64,000 bases of DNA from Eledone cirrhosa (GCA_964016885.1 OZ024743.1:52824001-52888000), one strand, 5' to 3'; shown: positions 30,726 to 44,114, counted from the first letter of the stretch. The notes: a model not told the origin generated them from the letters alone. Numbers and translations: made by a program.

Positions 30726-31124
30726 AAGAATTCCTTCATTACTCAACAGCTAAACTATCATATTTCTTCAATAGATTTTACCATTTCATAGAACGAGGGA
30801 GGTTTCTACATGATCGTGTGACCTGCTAAAAACACCAACTACATTCTCAAACTGATCAGGTTTTGTCTTAGGCCCAGGGACTCATGAGTCCAGAGTTTCC
30901 CCTGTGTCATGTAGCATTATGTGACTGTCAGTACAAGAGTAGGTATATTCAAAATGGAGACCTCGACCAAATACTTACAACAGAGTGGACTGCCCTAAAG
31001 ACACCAGATGTTGGTGTTCAACCGGGTGACCCTTAAGTCTACCATCCATGTAGGCCACAACCATATTTAAACTCAGAACGGGAAAAGTTGGAACATATAA
31101 GGTATGTGAGGGTTGTGGTCTTGG

Positions 31125-31675
31125 GGTTGATGATGGTAGTGATGATGATGGTGGTGATGGTGGTGGGGTGGTGATGGTGGTGATGGTGGTGATGAACATG
31201 ATGTTGATGGTAGTGATGGTGGGGTTGGTGGTGGCGGTGATGGTGGTGATGGTGGTGATGGTGGGTGTGATGGTGGGTGTGATGGTAGTGATGGTTGTGA
31301 TAGTGGTGGTGATGGTAGTGATGGTGGTGATGGTGGCGATGGTGGTGATGGTGGGTGTGATGGTGATGGTGGTGGGTGTGGTGGTGATGGTGTTGATGGT
31401 AGTGATGGTAGTGATAGTGGTGGTGATGGTAGTGATGGTGGTGATGGTGGTGATGGTGGTAATGGTGGGTGTGATGGTGATGGTGGTGATGGCAGTGATG
31501 GTAGTGATAGTGGTGGTGATGGTGATGGTGGTGATGGCAGTGATGGTAGTGATAGTGGTGGTGATGGTGATCAGGATGACAGTAGTGATGGTGGTAGTGA
31601 TGGTAGTGTTGGTAGTGATGGTGGTAGTGATGGTGGTAGTGATGGTGGTAGTGATGGTGATGATGATGGTAGAGA
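31125..31675. repeat. Degenerate (GTG/ATG) trinucleotide repeat
   Basis: Directly visible; the V/M-rich ORF is an artefact. Confidence 0.9.
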
Positions 31676-32024
31676 TGTTATTTTACATTAAATTTCGTTT
31701 TTATTATTTTTTTCTTTGAATCTTTCATTTATTTATTTATTTCTAACTTTTCAAGAAAATTTATCAATGAGAAATTGTGTCTGAAGTTTTCCCATAACCT
31801 TGCTTTCTACCATCCTAGACATTCCTTAGACACCCCCCCCCCTTCTCACATATATTCATGTGTGTGTGTATGTACATATGTGTGTATGTATATATGTGTG
31901 TATGTATATATGTGTTTATTTACGTGTGTATGTACATATGTGTGTATGTATATATGTGTGTATGTATATATGTGTTTTCGGCGTGACTCAAAGTAACAAG
32001 ACTCACTATTTTGCCTTAATAAAA

Positions 32025-32066
<42 letters not shown>

Positions 32067-32151
32067 TATACCAATGAAGGTTGGAAGATCACTGATGAAG
32101 GACTAAATTTATTCATATGTAACCCATTTGCAACCACGCAGCACGTCTTGT

Positions 32152-32186
<35 letters not shown>

Positions 32187-32338
32187 ATTATGAATGTGAA
32201 GAACAAACAATCAAAATTTACCTAATTTTTTTCTCGTAGTCCAGAAAGAATTAAATAAATAAATAATCAATTAATCCGAGTTAAATATAGTTAGAAGTGG
32301 GAAGAAAAAAATAGACAAAATTTACTCATATATATACA

Positions 32339-32548
32339 TAGTAAAAAGGAAAATGCTGACAAAATTTTCCCAGTGAAAAATAGTTTAATTAGGAATAAGT
32401 ATAAATTAGTGATTTATTAGTTAGTATTCAGTTTTAGTTTTCTAAAACTGAATACTAACTAATACTTATTACTAATTTATACTTATTCCTAATTAAACTA
32501 TTTTTCACTGGAAAAAGTTTGTCAGCATTTTTTTTTCCGTTTTACTAA
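32339..32548. repeat. AT-rich foldback (~100-bp arms, 4-nt loop at 32438-32441)
   Basis: ...TTAGTTAGTATTCAGTTTTAG tttt CTAAAACTGAATACTAACTAA...; starts at a TA tract. Confidence 0.85.
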
Positions 32549-32670
32549 TATATCACAACTCGTGTGTCACCTCTATTTTTTTAAAAATATATATATATAT
32601 GTATTCTTTGCTTAAACTTTAATATGTTATTTTATAACCTAATATATCCCTTCCATATACTGTACCGATT

Positions 32671-32734
<64 letters not shown>

Positions 32735-32738
<4 letters not shown>

Positions 32739-33090
32739 GAGCCTCGGTTCATGAAATTAATTTGTTCGTGAAGGCCGCCGTTCGTCACCCGAAACAATTT
32801 TTCCTATAAGAAATGTTGAGAGAGAAATACAGCGAGAGAGAGAGAGAGAGGGGGGGGGGGGGAGAGAGACTGCGTGTGAAAGACAGATAGTTCACCATAG
32901 TAACTAACTACACAGCAAGTGACGCTTTCCCGCCGATACTCCCAGCTTGTCACCAACCGTTGCTGCAGACTTGCGTATTCGTTATTCGAGACACCATTCG
33001 TTACTTGAGACGTTTTCTGTTCGGAAAAATTGTTTGTGAATCGTTTTTTTTTTTCGTGATAACAGGCATTCGTGAACCGAAGTTCCCCTA
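32735..33090. mobile_element. Tc1/pogo (Tigger-like) MITE
   Basis: Imperfect TIRs AGTGGAGCCTCGGTTCATGA / TCGTGAACCGAAGTTCCCCT with TA flanks. Confidence 0.65.
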
Positions 33091-33459
33091 TATATCTATC
33101 TATGTAGTTCCTGTCTGTTTGTTGTTTGTTCACGAACTCCTCCTATGGTTTTGGAGGGTTCCCCGGGGGCACAAACCCCCGCTGAAAATTTTTTTCCCTT
33201 CGATTTACATGAAATTTAAACCATAGGTAAATGACAAGATATGATGCCCATTCACAAAATTTCAGCAAATTTCAATAATAATAAGACACTCTAATGGAGT
33301 TTTTCTCCATAAATTATATCACCGATTTAAAATCAATCATCATTTTCTTACAAAAATAATTGTTTCTACTTTTGGCACAAGGCCAGCAATAACCCAGTGT
33401 ATTACTGGTACTTTACTGGTAATGTGTGAAACGCAGCAAGGCGCGGGTAATTCCGCTAG

Positions 33460-33462
<3 letters not shown>
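33091..33462 (-). mobile_element. Putative non-autonomous Helitron-like (Lep1-type) element interrupted by a SINE tail (33355-33420)
   Basis: The minus strand starts TACTAGCGGAATTACCCGCGCCTTGCTGCG and ends ACAAACAACAAACAGACAG...ATATATAG. Confidence 0.45.
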
Positions 33463-33529
<67 letters not shown>

Positions 33530-33934
33530 CAGAGGTATGAGCTGTAACTACATTATAAGACCATGGTCCACTATCATTGAAATAGCAAAGAACCCTCCTA
33601 TGAAAACCTATATAGAGGTGAATTGTAACATCAACAACATTATAGAACTAGGGCTCATTATTATTAAAACACTAAAGAAATCTCCTATGCGATAAGTCCC
33701 GTCAGGGGCCGTCTAAGTCCCGTCAGAGACCGGCTAATTCCAGTACTGAACACCCCGTGGTATTTCATTCTTTTTAATGAATGAAGTTTCTTGCTGGGTG
33801 GGTGGGTGAATGGATGAATGAAGGAAGATTGGCTGGATAGATGGAGGGATGGAGGGATGGAGGGATGGATGAACAGATGATGGATAGTTGAGTGGACAAA
33901 TGGATGGATGGAGGGATGAATAGACGGATAGATA

Positions 33935-33974
<40 letters not shown>

Positions 33975-33979
<5 letters not shown>

Positions 33980-34663
33980 GGAATAGAATGAAACGAAATT
34001 TCATTTCTCACTCTTAGTACGGCACTTACTTAAATGTAAGTGTGTATGTATGTATACGTACATACGTATATGTATACAGACGTACAGTAGTATGTATATA
34101 TATATACATACATGCACACACATATATATATATATATGCACGTATCGGTTTACCGAACATTTATTATAATGCTCAGTTTGTTTGTTTGTAAACAAACAAA
34201 CAGCCTGAATTACGCCGTACAGTGTCTAGGCAACCACGTCACCTTTTTGTTCAACACTGACACAGGAACGATGTACTAGTCTCAAGCCTACTAGCTATCG
34301 TCAGCATCGTACACCCTCCTGCCAGACGGTTGAACGTCTGAAAGTATATACTTTCCTTATGCATATTAACGGCTGAGCAGCCTAATTTGCATATCGAGTG
34401 AGTTCAGTCGGCCGGGCACACCGAAAACGATAAATGGAATAGAATGAAACGAAATTTCATTTTTCACTCTTAGTACGGCACTTACTTAAATGTAAGTATG
34501 TATGTATGTATACGTACATACATATATGTATACAGACGTACAGTAGTATGTATATATATACATACATGCACACACATATATATATGCACGTATCGGTTTA
34601 CCGAACATTTATAATAATGCTCGGTTTGTTTGTTTGTAAACAAACAAACAGCCTGAATTATGC
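33975..34663 (-). mobile_element. Second copy of the direct-repeat hammerhead (retrozyme-like) element; HHR at 34268-34310
   Basis: 33975-34216 is repeated at 34431-34663 (period ~456 bp). Minus strand reads ACGATG-CTGACGA-tAGCT agta GGCTt-GAGA-CTAG-TA-CATCGT. Confidence 0.8.
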
Positions 34664-34688
34664 GCGCGAGAGAGAGAGAGAGAGAGAG

Positions 34689-34746
<58 letters not shown>

Positions 34747-34976
34747 ATTTCTATTTATTTGCCACGAGGGCACAAAAGAAGGGGACAAATACACAGTGGG
34801 GGAGTTTACATAAATCGAGTAAAGAAAAAGGAATAACAATAATAATATAATAATAAAAAGTCCTCAAAAGGCAGGGGGCGTGTTCGGGATTGCACATACC
34901 CCCGAAAAGTGTGCAACTCTTTTCGCGGGGGAAGCCCAGAGAGGAGGCGCTCCCCCTTTCCTCTTCACTTCTTCAC

Positions 34977-37900
34977 CTACAGAATAATGTAGAGAGAAGG
35001 CCCATTTACACGAGCCATTCTCGCTTCTTTCACCCACCTTTCATAAAACTGTCTGGGGCCAAGCACTTCTCTCTCCATCCTGACCCTTCTTCAGAAGTGG
35101 TATCGGAAGAAGTAAACCAGGTGATGGCCGGAGAGAAAGTCACCCGACCTCAGACCTTTCAGGCGCATCCACCACACAACCTCTTTCATCATGGCTATTA
35201 CGCACAGAAAGACCGCCTCTGCTTCGTTTCTGAAGGGAGGCGGCGGCTTGATGTTCACCACAGACTCGGCGGTTAATCGAATCGGCGCCACACGCGACAG
35301 CAGTCGTTCGACGTAGCCCCACAGATCGGCAACGCCCGGGCAGTGTACCAGTGCATGCGCAACGGTTTCCTCGTCGCGCACGCATCTGGGACAGATCTTT
35401 TTCGCTGGATCCCTGCCCGGGCGCCCGTGTCTGTAGAGCTTTTCTCGAACGGGCAGAGCCCCCCGGTAACACTGCCAGGCTAGGGACCTCTGGAAGTTGT
35501 CCATGGGTCCCGGGCCGAAAGCTCTACCGAACAGGCTGGCCAGTTCGTCCTCCTCCATGCCTAGCGACTCTCCAAGGGTGTCGTCGCCCCTGCTAGCCAC
35601 CAGCCCTCTATAGAATGTCGAGGTGGATTCTCCACTGACAGTCGGCTCCGCTTGCCAGATAGCCGTGAGCGCCTGGGCACACTCGGTGTGCCAGTTGCCC
35701 AGTTTTCTCGGTCTTTGCTTCACCCAGGATTGCAGCTCGGTGAGCGAGACGAGCTGTGGGAAGGCTCGCCTCACAAACGGGGCCCACACCGGCTGACCGG
35801 TGAGGAATACCTGTAGATGCCGTAGCCTCAATGCGTGCCTACGCATCAACATCCACGGCATACCCAGCCCTCCTTTCGAAGGGTGCTGGCAGCAGATGGA
35901 TCTCCTCACCATGGGAGGCCGCTTCTTCCAGAGGAACTGGAAGAGCATGCGTTCCATGATGGTGATCTTTTCCTTGGGGCAAGGCACGACGGTCAGGCGG
36001 TAGCAGATGACGGACGCTATGTAAGCGTTCGTCACCTCCGCCCGACCTTTCAGTGATAGTTTGCACTTGGCCCACTTCTGGGTCAGCGCAAACACCCTGC
36101 TCGTCACCTCGCTCCAATTCTTCTCCACCTGGAGATCCGGTCCGAACCAGACCCCGAGCAGCTTCACCGGGCCCTCCGTCCACCGCCCGACGACACCGTC
36201 TAACGGCATCGGTTTGCCTCTCCACGTTCCGAGTTGCAAACCGACTGACTTGTCCCGGTTCAGCCTAGCCCCCGTCAGCCTTTCGTATTCCTCCAGTAGG
36301 GTGGCGATCGCCCCGATTTCCGAGGCGTCCGCCACCATTACTGTTACGTCGTCGGCATAGGCCGAGACCGCTTTGTGCAATCCCGGTTCCAGGGGTATGC
36401 CCCGCAGCAACTCCAACTTCCGCAGCAGTGGCTCGAGAGTCAATACGTACAGAAGGGAGGAGAGGGGGCACCCCTGTCTGATGGACCGGGTGATTTGAAA
36501 CGGCTCCGAGAGGTAGCCGTTTACTTTAATCCTAGAGTAGATGTTGCCACTGTGCATGGCAGAAATCCAGCCCCTGAAAACAAGTCCGAAGCCCGCCGCC
36601 GCTAGCACCGCATCCAGGTAACCATGGTCGACCCTATCGAACGCCTTAGATTGATCCAAGTTGATCAGGGCCCCACCAAAGCCGGGTTCGTTGCCAACCC
36701 TCTCTATGATGTATCGCATGAGCTGGAGGTTGTCGTGAATGGACCTGGACGGGATAGCGCATGTCTGCGCGTCTCCCACCAAACCACCCACCACAAGCGC
36801 CAACCTCTTCGCCAACACCTTGGCCAAAATCTGTAACTCTGCATTCAGCAGAGTTATGGGCCTGAAGTTACTTCAGTCGTCCCCCTTGCTCTCGTCCTTC
36901 CTCACTAGCGTGACCACGCCCTTGGTCACAGAACAGGGAATTCTCCCGTTCTGTTGCCAGTTGCAATAGACAGCCTCGAGGAGTTCGGAGAACAAGACCG
37001 GCATAGCTAAATAAAGTTCGTATGGTAGACCATCGAGACCCGGAGATTTGCGTCTGCTGCATTGGCTGAGCGCTTCCCCGATTTCAGTGGCTGTGATTGG
37101 CCTTTCGCAGCACTCCGCTTCGCCGCTCGAAAGACGCGGTAGACCGTCGAGGTATGGACCGAAATCCACATCCCCGTCCGGCCCCCCGCCCCCTCCAAAC
37201 AGTCGAGCAAAGTGCCTTTGAAAGGCCTCGCACATCCGCTCAGGTTCAAGGATCACCCGTCCATCCTGGTCTCGCAAAGACCGAATGGTGGATTTAATCC
37301 CACTCTTGGCTTCTGTCACGCGGGCCCAGCTAACAGCTTTGGTCCCCTCGTTTCCTAAAGCACGTATTTTACTTCGGACAACGCAGCCTTCGTGCTTCGC
37401 GTCAAAGAACTGGCTCAACGCCGTTCTCGCCGCTAACACTCTGGCTACGTCTCCGCTCCTAATCGCCTCTTCTAGTTTATCTGTTAACTCCCTTTCCTTC
37501 CTATTTCTATTCGCCGCTAGTTCCTTACTGTAACCTATCGAACTTACTCTAATCTCTCTCTTTAGAGATACCCACCACCTACTGTTGACAATCGCTCCCG
37601 TCAACCGCATCTTAACTAAGCTACTAATCCGGTTCCTGTAATCTTTCTTTGCCGGCAAGGACAAGTTCATCTTCCAGTAACCGGGACCCTGTCTATGCGT
37701 TCTATCAAGGTTGACCACGCAGGTCACTAATTTGTGATCTGAATAGCCAACCATGATCAATTCTGGACAACTAAATACGTCCCTATCCTTACTCCTAACC
37801 AAAAACCTATCTAGGTACGATCTAGATTGTCCACTGCGGTTTGCCCAGGTCCAGGTTGGCGCAGTTGGACAATCTAGTCGAAATCTATCGACCAGGTCGA

Positions 37901-38411
37901 ATCGATCGAGTAACCCATTGAGGCTGCTACACCCCCCTCTATCGGGACATGCCCCTGCATAGTCCCAACGCGCATCTAGGATTCCATTCCAGTCCCCCAC
38001 TAAAAGCAGGGAACGCGACGTTCCTAGAAAAGTCTCCAGACGCTGGAAGAAGTCGGCTCTTTCAGCCCCGAAGGGGGCATAAAGACCGACCAGTCTGAAA
38101 GCCCCGCCTTCACCGCCTCCGACGTCCAGCACCAGTATTCGACCCCCCGGGTCCGAGTGAACAATCTGTACGTCGAGAGCCAGACGTTTATCCAGCAGTA
38201 CGGCAACTACCCCCCCCCCCCCGCCTCCGGGTTGACAGAGAGATGCGTGCATCTCAAAGTCATCGAAGGCGGGAGCCAGCTGTCGCACGCTGCTGATCCG
38301 ACTCTCGCAAACAACCATCACATCTATACTTCGTGACCTGAGGTCACTTAGTAGCTTTGCTTGCTGCCAAGCTGAGCCCAGGCCACGCGCGTTCAAACAG
38401 CCAACTCTCAA
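34977..38411 (-). pseudogene. Tx1 ORF2 (APE endonuclease + RT + C-terminal zinc finger), copy A, with two in-frame TGA stops (36873-36875 and 35091-35093)
   Basis: LNARGL, GDWN, SYLDRF, SDH; KSPGLDG, FRPITLLN, LDQSKAFDRV, IRQGCPLS, AYADD; CPRC..ETVAHALVHC. The stops correspond to TTA (Leu) and GGA (Gly) in copy B. Confidence 0.92.
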
Positions 38412-38416
38412 TTGAT

Positions 38417-40234
38417 CTATTTTGGTGTTGAAAGTGAAGAAAGAAAAGCACTTACCTCTCCGGGTTGTGTAATTTCCATGGCGTCAGGTGTGTTGGGTGG
38501 AGGGATGTTTTGTGGTGGTGTGGGGGTGCCCGAGTGTGGTTGGGTTGGGGTGTTTGGAGTTGTGTCAGGGAGAGAGGAGGTTATGGGGAAATCTTTCAAG
38601 AGGACGCGATTTAACGGTTTTAAACAGGGGGGGCTCACGTCCTGTCTAAATTGTTCTTTTAAGGAACGATAAAGGTCCAGAGGGACCTTTATCATTTTTA
38701 AATGGGTGAAGTTCTCTGATGAGATAAAGTTTGGCCCTTCGGTCTGCACCATAGGGTTATTGTTTATTAATTTAACCAGTTTTTTGTTTTCTTTATTTAT
38801 ATATGTGTATTGCAATGTCTTTTTTTGTGATGCTGTCAATGTTTCGGAGAGGGGAGGCGCAGATTTATTTTTGTTTGTTGAGGGTGGGGTGTTTTTTATT
38901 GGAGTTGGTGTTTGTGTGTGGGTTATTTGTGGTGTGCTGGGTGTGTGCTTTCTTTTTTTTCTTTTAACTTGTCTGAAGGCTTCTCCTCCTTCTTCTTCAG
39001 AAGTTGGGGGAAACTCTTCAGCGCTAGGTGGGAGGGACGTCGTGTCTGGTTGTTTTTTTTTTGCGGGAGGGGTAGATTTGTTGCTGTTTTTTTTATTATT
39101 TGTTTGGAATGCGTTTTGTGGTGGTGGTGGTGCTGTTTGTGTCGTGCTTGTGGTTGGTAATGGTGGTGATGGTGTTTGTGTTGGTGATGGTGGTGGTGAT
39201 TTTTGTGTCGAGCTTGTGTTTGCTGCTGGTGGTGGTGATGTGCTTGGTGGTGTTTGTATTTTGTTTGCTGTGTGTGGTATTAGTGTATTTTTGGAGGTGG
39301 GTGGTGTTGGTGTACTGTTTGTGGTGGGTGTGGGCAATAGTCCTTTTTGGGGGACACGTTTCGGGCAGTTAGCCTTAATGTGTCCCCTTTCCATGCATAA
39401 ATAGCATGCTGGTCTTCTCCCCTCTACAATTATATCTATTGGGGTGAGCTCATCCAGCCAGATGCGATCCGGGATTTGTGCTATTCTTTCGGGCCTCATT
39501 TGGACTAGTAGGTCGAGGCCCATTCCCAGGAACGCATCTCCGGATGCCTTCCCCATTGACAGCACTGTGTCCTCGCCCATGTCTATGAAGCCAGTAATAG
39601 CCCACCAGAAGTCCATTGTGGGCAGCATTGTTTGTATTTTTACTCTCTGTGTTCTTCTACCCATGTAGGAGGGATAGAAGCTGTATGTTGTCGATGAGAG
39701 TGGGCTTATGGAAAGCTCCTCCGCCGTTTCCTTGTCTTTTGTTAGGACCGAAATGCTGCCATAGAGTCGGTCCTTTCGTATGAAGAGAATATTCTTCATA
39801 TAGTCTTTTAGGACCAACTCTATCTCCATTTGGCTGGGCTGTGCTGGCTTTCTTGTTTGGTTTAGGATTGTTCTGAAGAGAACTGTGTTCTCTGTTCTCG
39901 CTTTCTTGAATTCTGGGGGGGAGTTAATGGAAAACATTCCATTCTCCCCCAAAACAATGTGTTTCTTTGCTTCGGCCAGTTTTTCTCTGGCGGCCGTTAG
40001 GTCAATTGGTGTGTATGTAATGGATTGTTTTGTTTTCTGGGCGAAAGTTGCCCTGTCGTTATTTGTATTATTTTCTGTTTGTTTGTTTTCCGTTTGCTCA
40101 TTTTCCTTAACATTTGTTTTTTCATTTTCTTTGTTTGTTTCGTTGTCTAATTTTGTTGTAATTATTTTTTGTTCTTCAGACTTGGGGGGCGTGGCAGAGC
40201 TAATGGCAGACATGTCTGCCATCTTTTCCGCCAT
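38417..40234 (-). CDS. Tx1 ORF1, copy A, intact (nucleic-acid-binding protein)
   Basis: ~605-aa open frame from the first ATG (MAEKMADM); CYLCMERGHIKANC is a CX2CX4HX4C knuckle; Pro/Thr-rich tail. Confidence 0.88.
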   Translation of the reverse strand: MAEKMADMSAISSATPPKSEEQKIITTKLDNETNKENEKTNVKENEQTENKQTENNTNNDRATFAQKTKQSITYTPIDLTAAREKLAEAKKHIVLGENGMFSINSPPEFKKARTENTVLFRTILNQTRKPAQPSQMEIELVLKDYMKNILFIRKDRLYGSISVLTKDKETAEELSISPLSSTTYSFYPSYMGRRTQRVKIQTMLPTMDFWWAITGFIDMGEDTVLSMGKASGDAFLGMGLDLLVQMRPERIAQIPDRIWLDELTPIDIIVEGRRPACYLCMERGHIKANCPKRVPQKGLLPTPTTNSTPTPPTSKNTLIPHTANKIQTPPSTSPPPAANTSSTQKSPPPSPTQTPSPPLPTTSTTQTAPPPPQNAFQTNNKKNSNKSTPPAKKKQPDTTSLPPSAEEFPPTSEEEGGEAFRQVKRKKRKHTPSTPQITHTQTPTPIKNTPPSTNKNKSAPPLSETLTASQKKTLQYTYINKENKKLVKLINNNPMVQTEGPNFISSENFTHLKMIKVPLDLYRSLKEQFRQDVSPPCLKPLNRVLLKDFPITSSLPDTTPNTPTQPHSGTPTPPQNIPPPNTPDAMEITQPGEVSAFLSSLSTPK

Positions 40235-40681
40235 GCTGCCAAGAAAGAAATTTTTCGGCAAAAATAGATATTTATTTTACCCCCTAAAAAGGGGGTAAAT
40301 GCAAAAATGTTTCCCTAAAAAACAGGGGTTAGTGTTCCAAATGTGTTGCACTGAAAAATTTATCCGGTACTTACAATAGTAAGGGTAAATCCCGATGGAA
40401 TAGCAGAGCCGATGTGAAGCGTGTCTTACTCTATCAAGATAGATAGATAAATTTCTATTTATTTGCCACGAGGGCACAAAAGAAGGGGACATTTACACAG
40501 TGGGGGAGTTTACATAAATCGAGTAAAGAAAAAAGGAATAACAATAATAATATAACAATAAAAAGTCCTCAAAAGGGAGGGGGCGTGTTGGGGATTGCAC
40601 ATACCCCCGAAAAGTGTGCAACTCTTTTCGCGGGGGAAGCCCAGAGAGGAGGCGCTCCCCCTTTCCTCTTCACTTCTTCAC

Positions 40682-43600
40682 CTACAGAACAATGTAGAGA
40701 GAAGGCCCATTTACACGGGCCATTCTCGCTTCTTTCACCCACCTTTCATAAAACTGTCTGGGACCAAGCACTTCTCTCTCCATCCTGATTCTTCTTCCGA
40801 AGTGGTATCGGAAGAAGTAAACCAGGTGATGGCCGGAGAGAAAGTCACCCGACCTCAGACCTTTCAGGCGCGTCCACCACACAACCTCTTTCATCATGGC
40901 TATTACGCACAGAAAGACCGCCTCTGCTTCATTTCTGAAGGGAGGAGGCGGCTTGATGTTCACCACAGACTCGGCGGTTAATCGAATCGGCGCCACACGC
41001 GACAGCAGTCGTTCGACGTAGCCCCACAGATCGGCAACGCCCGGGCAGTGTACCAGTGCATGCGCAACGGTTTCCTCGTCGCGCACGCATCTGGGACAGA
41101 TCTTTTTCGCGGGATCCCTGCCCGGGCGCCCGTGTCTGTAGAGCTTTTCTCGAACGGGCAGAGCCCCCCGGTAACACTGCCAGGCTAGGGACCTCTGGAA
41201 GTTGTCCATGGGTCCCGGGCCGAAAGTTCTACCGAACAGGCTGGCCAGTTCGTCCTCCTCCATGCCTAGCGACTCTCCAAGGGTGTCGTCGCCCCTGCTA
41301 GCCACCAACCCTCTATAGAATGTCGAGGTGGATTCTCCACTGACAGTCCGGTCCGCTTGCCAGATAGCCGTGAGCGCCTGGGCACACTCGGTGTGCCAGT
41401 TGCCCAGTTTTCTCGGTCTTTGCTTCACCCAGGATTGCAGTTCGGTGAGCGAGACGAGCTGTGGGAAGGCTCGCCTCACAAACGGGGCCCACACCGGCTG
41501 ACCGTTGAGGAATACCTGTAGATGCCGTAGCCTCAATACGTGCCTACGCATCAACAGCCACGGCATACCCAGCCCTCCTTTCGAAGGGTGCTGGCAGCAG
41601 ATGGATCTCCTCACCATGGGAGGCCGCTTCTTCCAGAGGAACTGGAAGAGCATGCGTTCCATGATGGTGAGCTTTTCCTTGGGGCAAGGCACGACGGTCA
41701 GGCGGTAGTAGATGACGGACGCTATGTAAGCGTTCGTCACCTCCGCCCGACCTTTCAGTGATAGTTTGCACTTGGCCCACTTCTGGGTCAGCGCAAACAC
41801 CCTGCTCGTCACCTCGCCCCAATTCTTCTCCACCTGGAGGTCCGGTCCGAACCAGACCCCGAGCAGCTTCACCGGGCCCTCCGTCCACCGCCCGACGACA
41901 CCGTCTAACGGCATCGGTTTGCCCCTCCACGTTCCGAGTTGCAAACCGACTGACTTGTCCTGGTTCAGCTTAGCCCCCGTCAGCCTTTCGTATTCCTCCA
42001 GTAGGGTGGCGATCGCCCCGATTTCCGAGGCGTCCGCCACCATTACTGTTACGTCGTCGGCATAGGCCGAGACCGCTTTGTGCAATCCCGGTTCCAGGGG
42101 TATGCCCCGCAGCAACTCCAACTTCCGCAGCAGTGGCTCGAGAGTCAATACGTACAGAAGGGAGGAGAGGGGGCACCCCTGTCTGATGGATCGGGTGATT
42201 TGAAACGGCTCCGAGAGGTAGCCGTTTACTTTAATCCTAGAGTAGATGTTGCCACTGTGCATGGCAGAAATCCAGCCCCTGAAAACGGGTCCGAAGCCCG
42301 CCGCCGCTAGCACCGCATCCAGGTAACCATGGTCGACCCTATCGAACGCCTTAGATTGATCCAAGTTGATCAGGGCCCCACCAAAGCCGGGTTCGTAGCC
42401 AACCCTCTCTATGATGTATCGCATGAGGTGGAGGTTGTCGTGAATGGACCTGGACGGGATAGCGCATGTCTGCGCGTCTCCCACCAAACCAACCACCACA
42501 AGCGCCAACCTCTTCGCCAACACCTTGGCCAAAATCTGTAACTCTGCATTCAGCAGAGTTATGGGCCTAAAGTTACTTAAGTCGTCCCCCTTGCTCTCGT
42601 CCTTCCTCACTAGCGTGACCACGCCCTTGGTCACAGAACAGGGAATTCTCCCGTTCTGTTGCCAGTTGCAATAGACAGCCTCGAGGAGTTCGGAGAACAA
42701 GACCGGCATAGCTAAATAAAGTTCGTATGGTAGACCATCGAGACCCGGGGATTTGCGTCTGCTGCATTGGCTGAGCGCTTCCTCGATTTCAGTGGCTGTG
42801 ATTGGCCTTTCGCAGCACTCCGCTTCGCCGCTCGAAAGACGCGGTAGACCGTCGAGGTATGGACCGAAGTCCACATCCCCGTCCGGCCCCCCGCCACCTC
42901 CGAACAGTCGAGCAAAGTGCCTTTGAAAGGTCTCGCACATTCGCTCAGGTTCAAGGATCACCCGTCCATCCTGGTCTCGCAAAGACCGAATGGTGGATTT
43001 AATCCCACTCTTGGCTTCTGTCACGCGGGCCCAGCTAACAGCTTTGGTCCCCTCGTTTCCTAAAGCACGTATTTTACTTCGGACAACGCAGCCTTCGTGC
43101 TTCGCGTCAAAGAACTGGCTCAATGCCGTTCTCGTCGCTAACACTCTGGCTACGTCTCCGCTCCTAATCGCCTCTTCTAGTTTATCTGTTAACTCCCTTT
43201 CCCTCCTATTTCTATTCGCCGCTAGTTCCTTACTGTAACCTATCGAACTTACTCTAATCTCTCTCTTTAGAGATATCCACCACCTACTGTTGACGATTGC
43301 TCCCGTCAACCGCATCTTAACTAAGCTACTAATCCGGTTTCTGTAATCTTTCTTTGTCGGTAAGGACAAGTTCATCTTCCAGTAACCGGGACCCTGTCTA
43401 TGCGTTCTATCAAGGTTGACCACGCAGGTCACTAATTTGTGATCTGAATAGCCAACCATGATCAGTTCTGGACAACTAAATACGTCCCTATCCTTACTCC
43501 TAACCAAAAACCTATCTAGGTACGATCTAGATTGTCCACTGCGGTTTGCCCAGGTCCAGGTTGGCGCAGTTGGACAATCTAGTCGAAATCTATCGACCAG

Positions 43601-44114
43601 GTCGAATCGATCGAGTAACCCCTTGAGGCTGCTACACCCCCCTCTATCGGGACATGCCCCTGCATAGTCCCAACGCGCATCTAGGATTCCATTCCAGTCC
43701 CCCACTAAAAGCAGGGAACGCGACGTTCCTAGAAAAGTCTCCAGACGTTGGAAGAAGTCGGCTCTTTCCGCCCCGAAGGGAGCATAAAGACCGACCAGTC
43801 TGAAAGCCCCGCCTTCACCGCCTCCGACGTCCAGCACCAGTAATCGACCCCCCGGGTCCGAGTGAACAATCTGTACGTCGAGAGTCAGACGTTTATCCAG
43901 CAGTACGGCAACTCCCCCCCCCCCCGCCTCCGGGTTCACAGAGAGATGCGTGCATCTCAAAGTCATCGAAGGCGGGCGCCAGCTGTCTCACGCTGCTGAT
44001 CCGACTCTCGCAAACAACCATCACATCTATACTTTGTGACCTGAGGTCACTTAGAAGCTTTGCTTGCTTCCAAGCTGAGCCCAGGCCACGCGCGTTCAAA
44101 CAGCCAACTCTCAA
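40682..44114 (-). CDS. Tx1 ORF2, copy B; open except for one frameshift at the poly-C tract (~43913-43926)
   Basis: ORFs 43893-44114 and 40682-43966 join at the homopolymer, and all APE and RT motifs are intact. Confidence 0.88.

Larger units (their letters stand above)
34745..40437 (-). mobile_element. Full-length Tx1-clade (L1 group) LINE, copy A, in (GATA)n
   Basis: ORF1 with a zinc knuckle and ORF2 with APE-RT-zinc finger; both ends abut (TATC)n. Confidence 0.93.

Noticed and set aside
35091-36875. Two in-frame TGA codons in Tx1 ORF2 as possible selenocysteine or read-through
   Set aside because: They correspond to Leu (TTA) and Gly (GGA) in the sister copy, so they are ordinary nonsense mutations.
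38417-38455. 39-nt GT-AG intron fusing ORF1 to ORF2
   Set aside because: Very short, and splicing yields GAG-ATC-AAT-TGA, which is not in the ORF2 frame.
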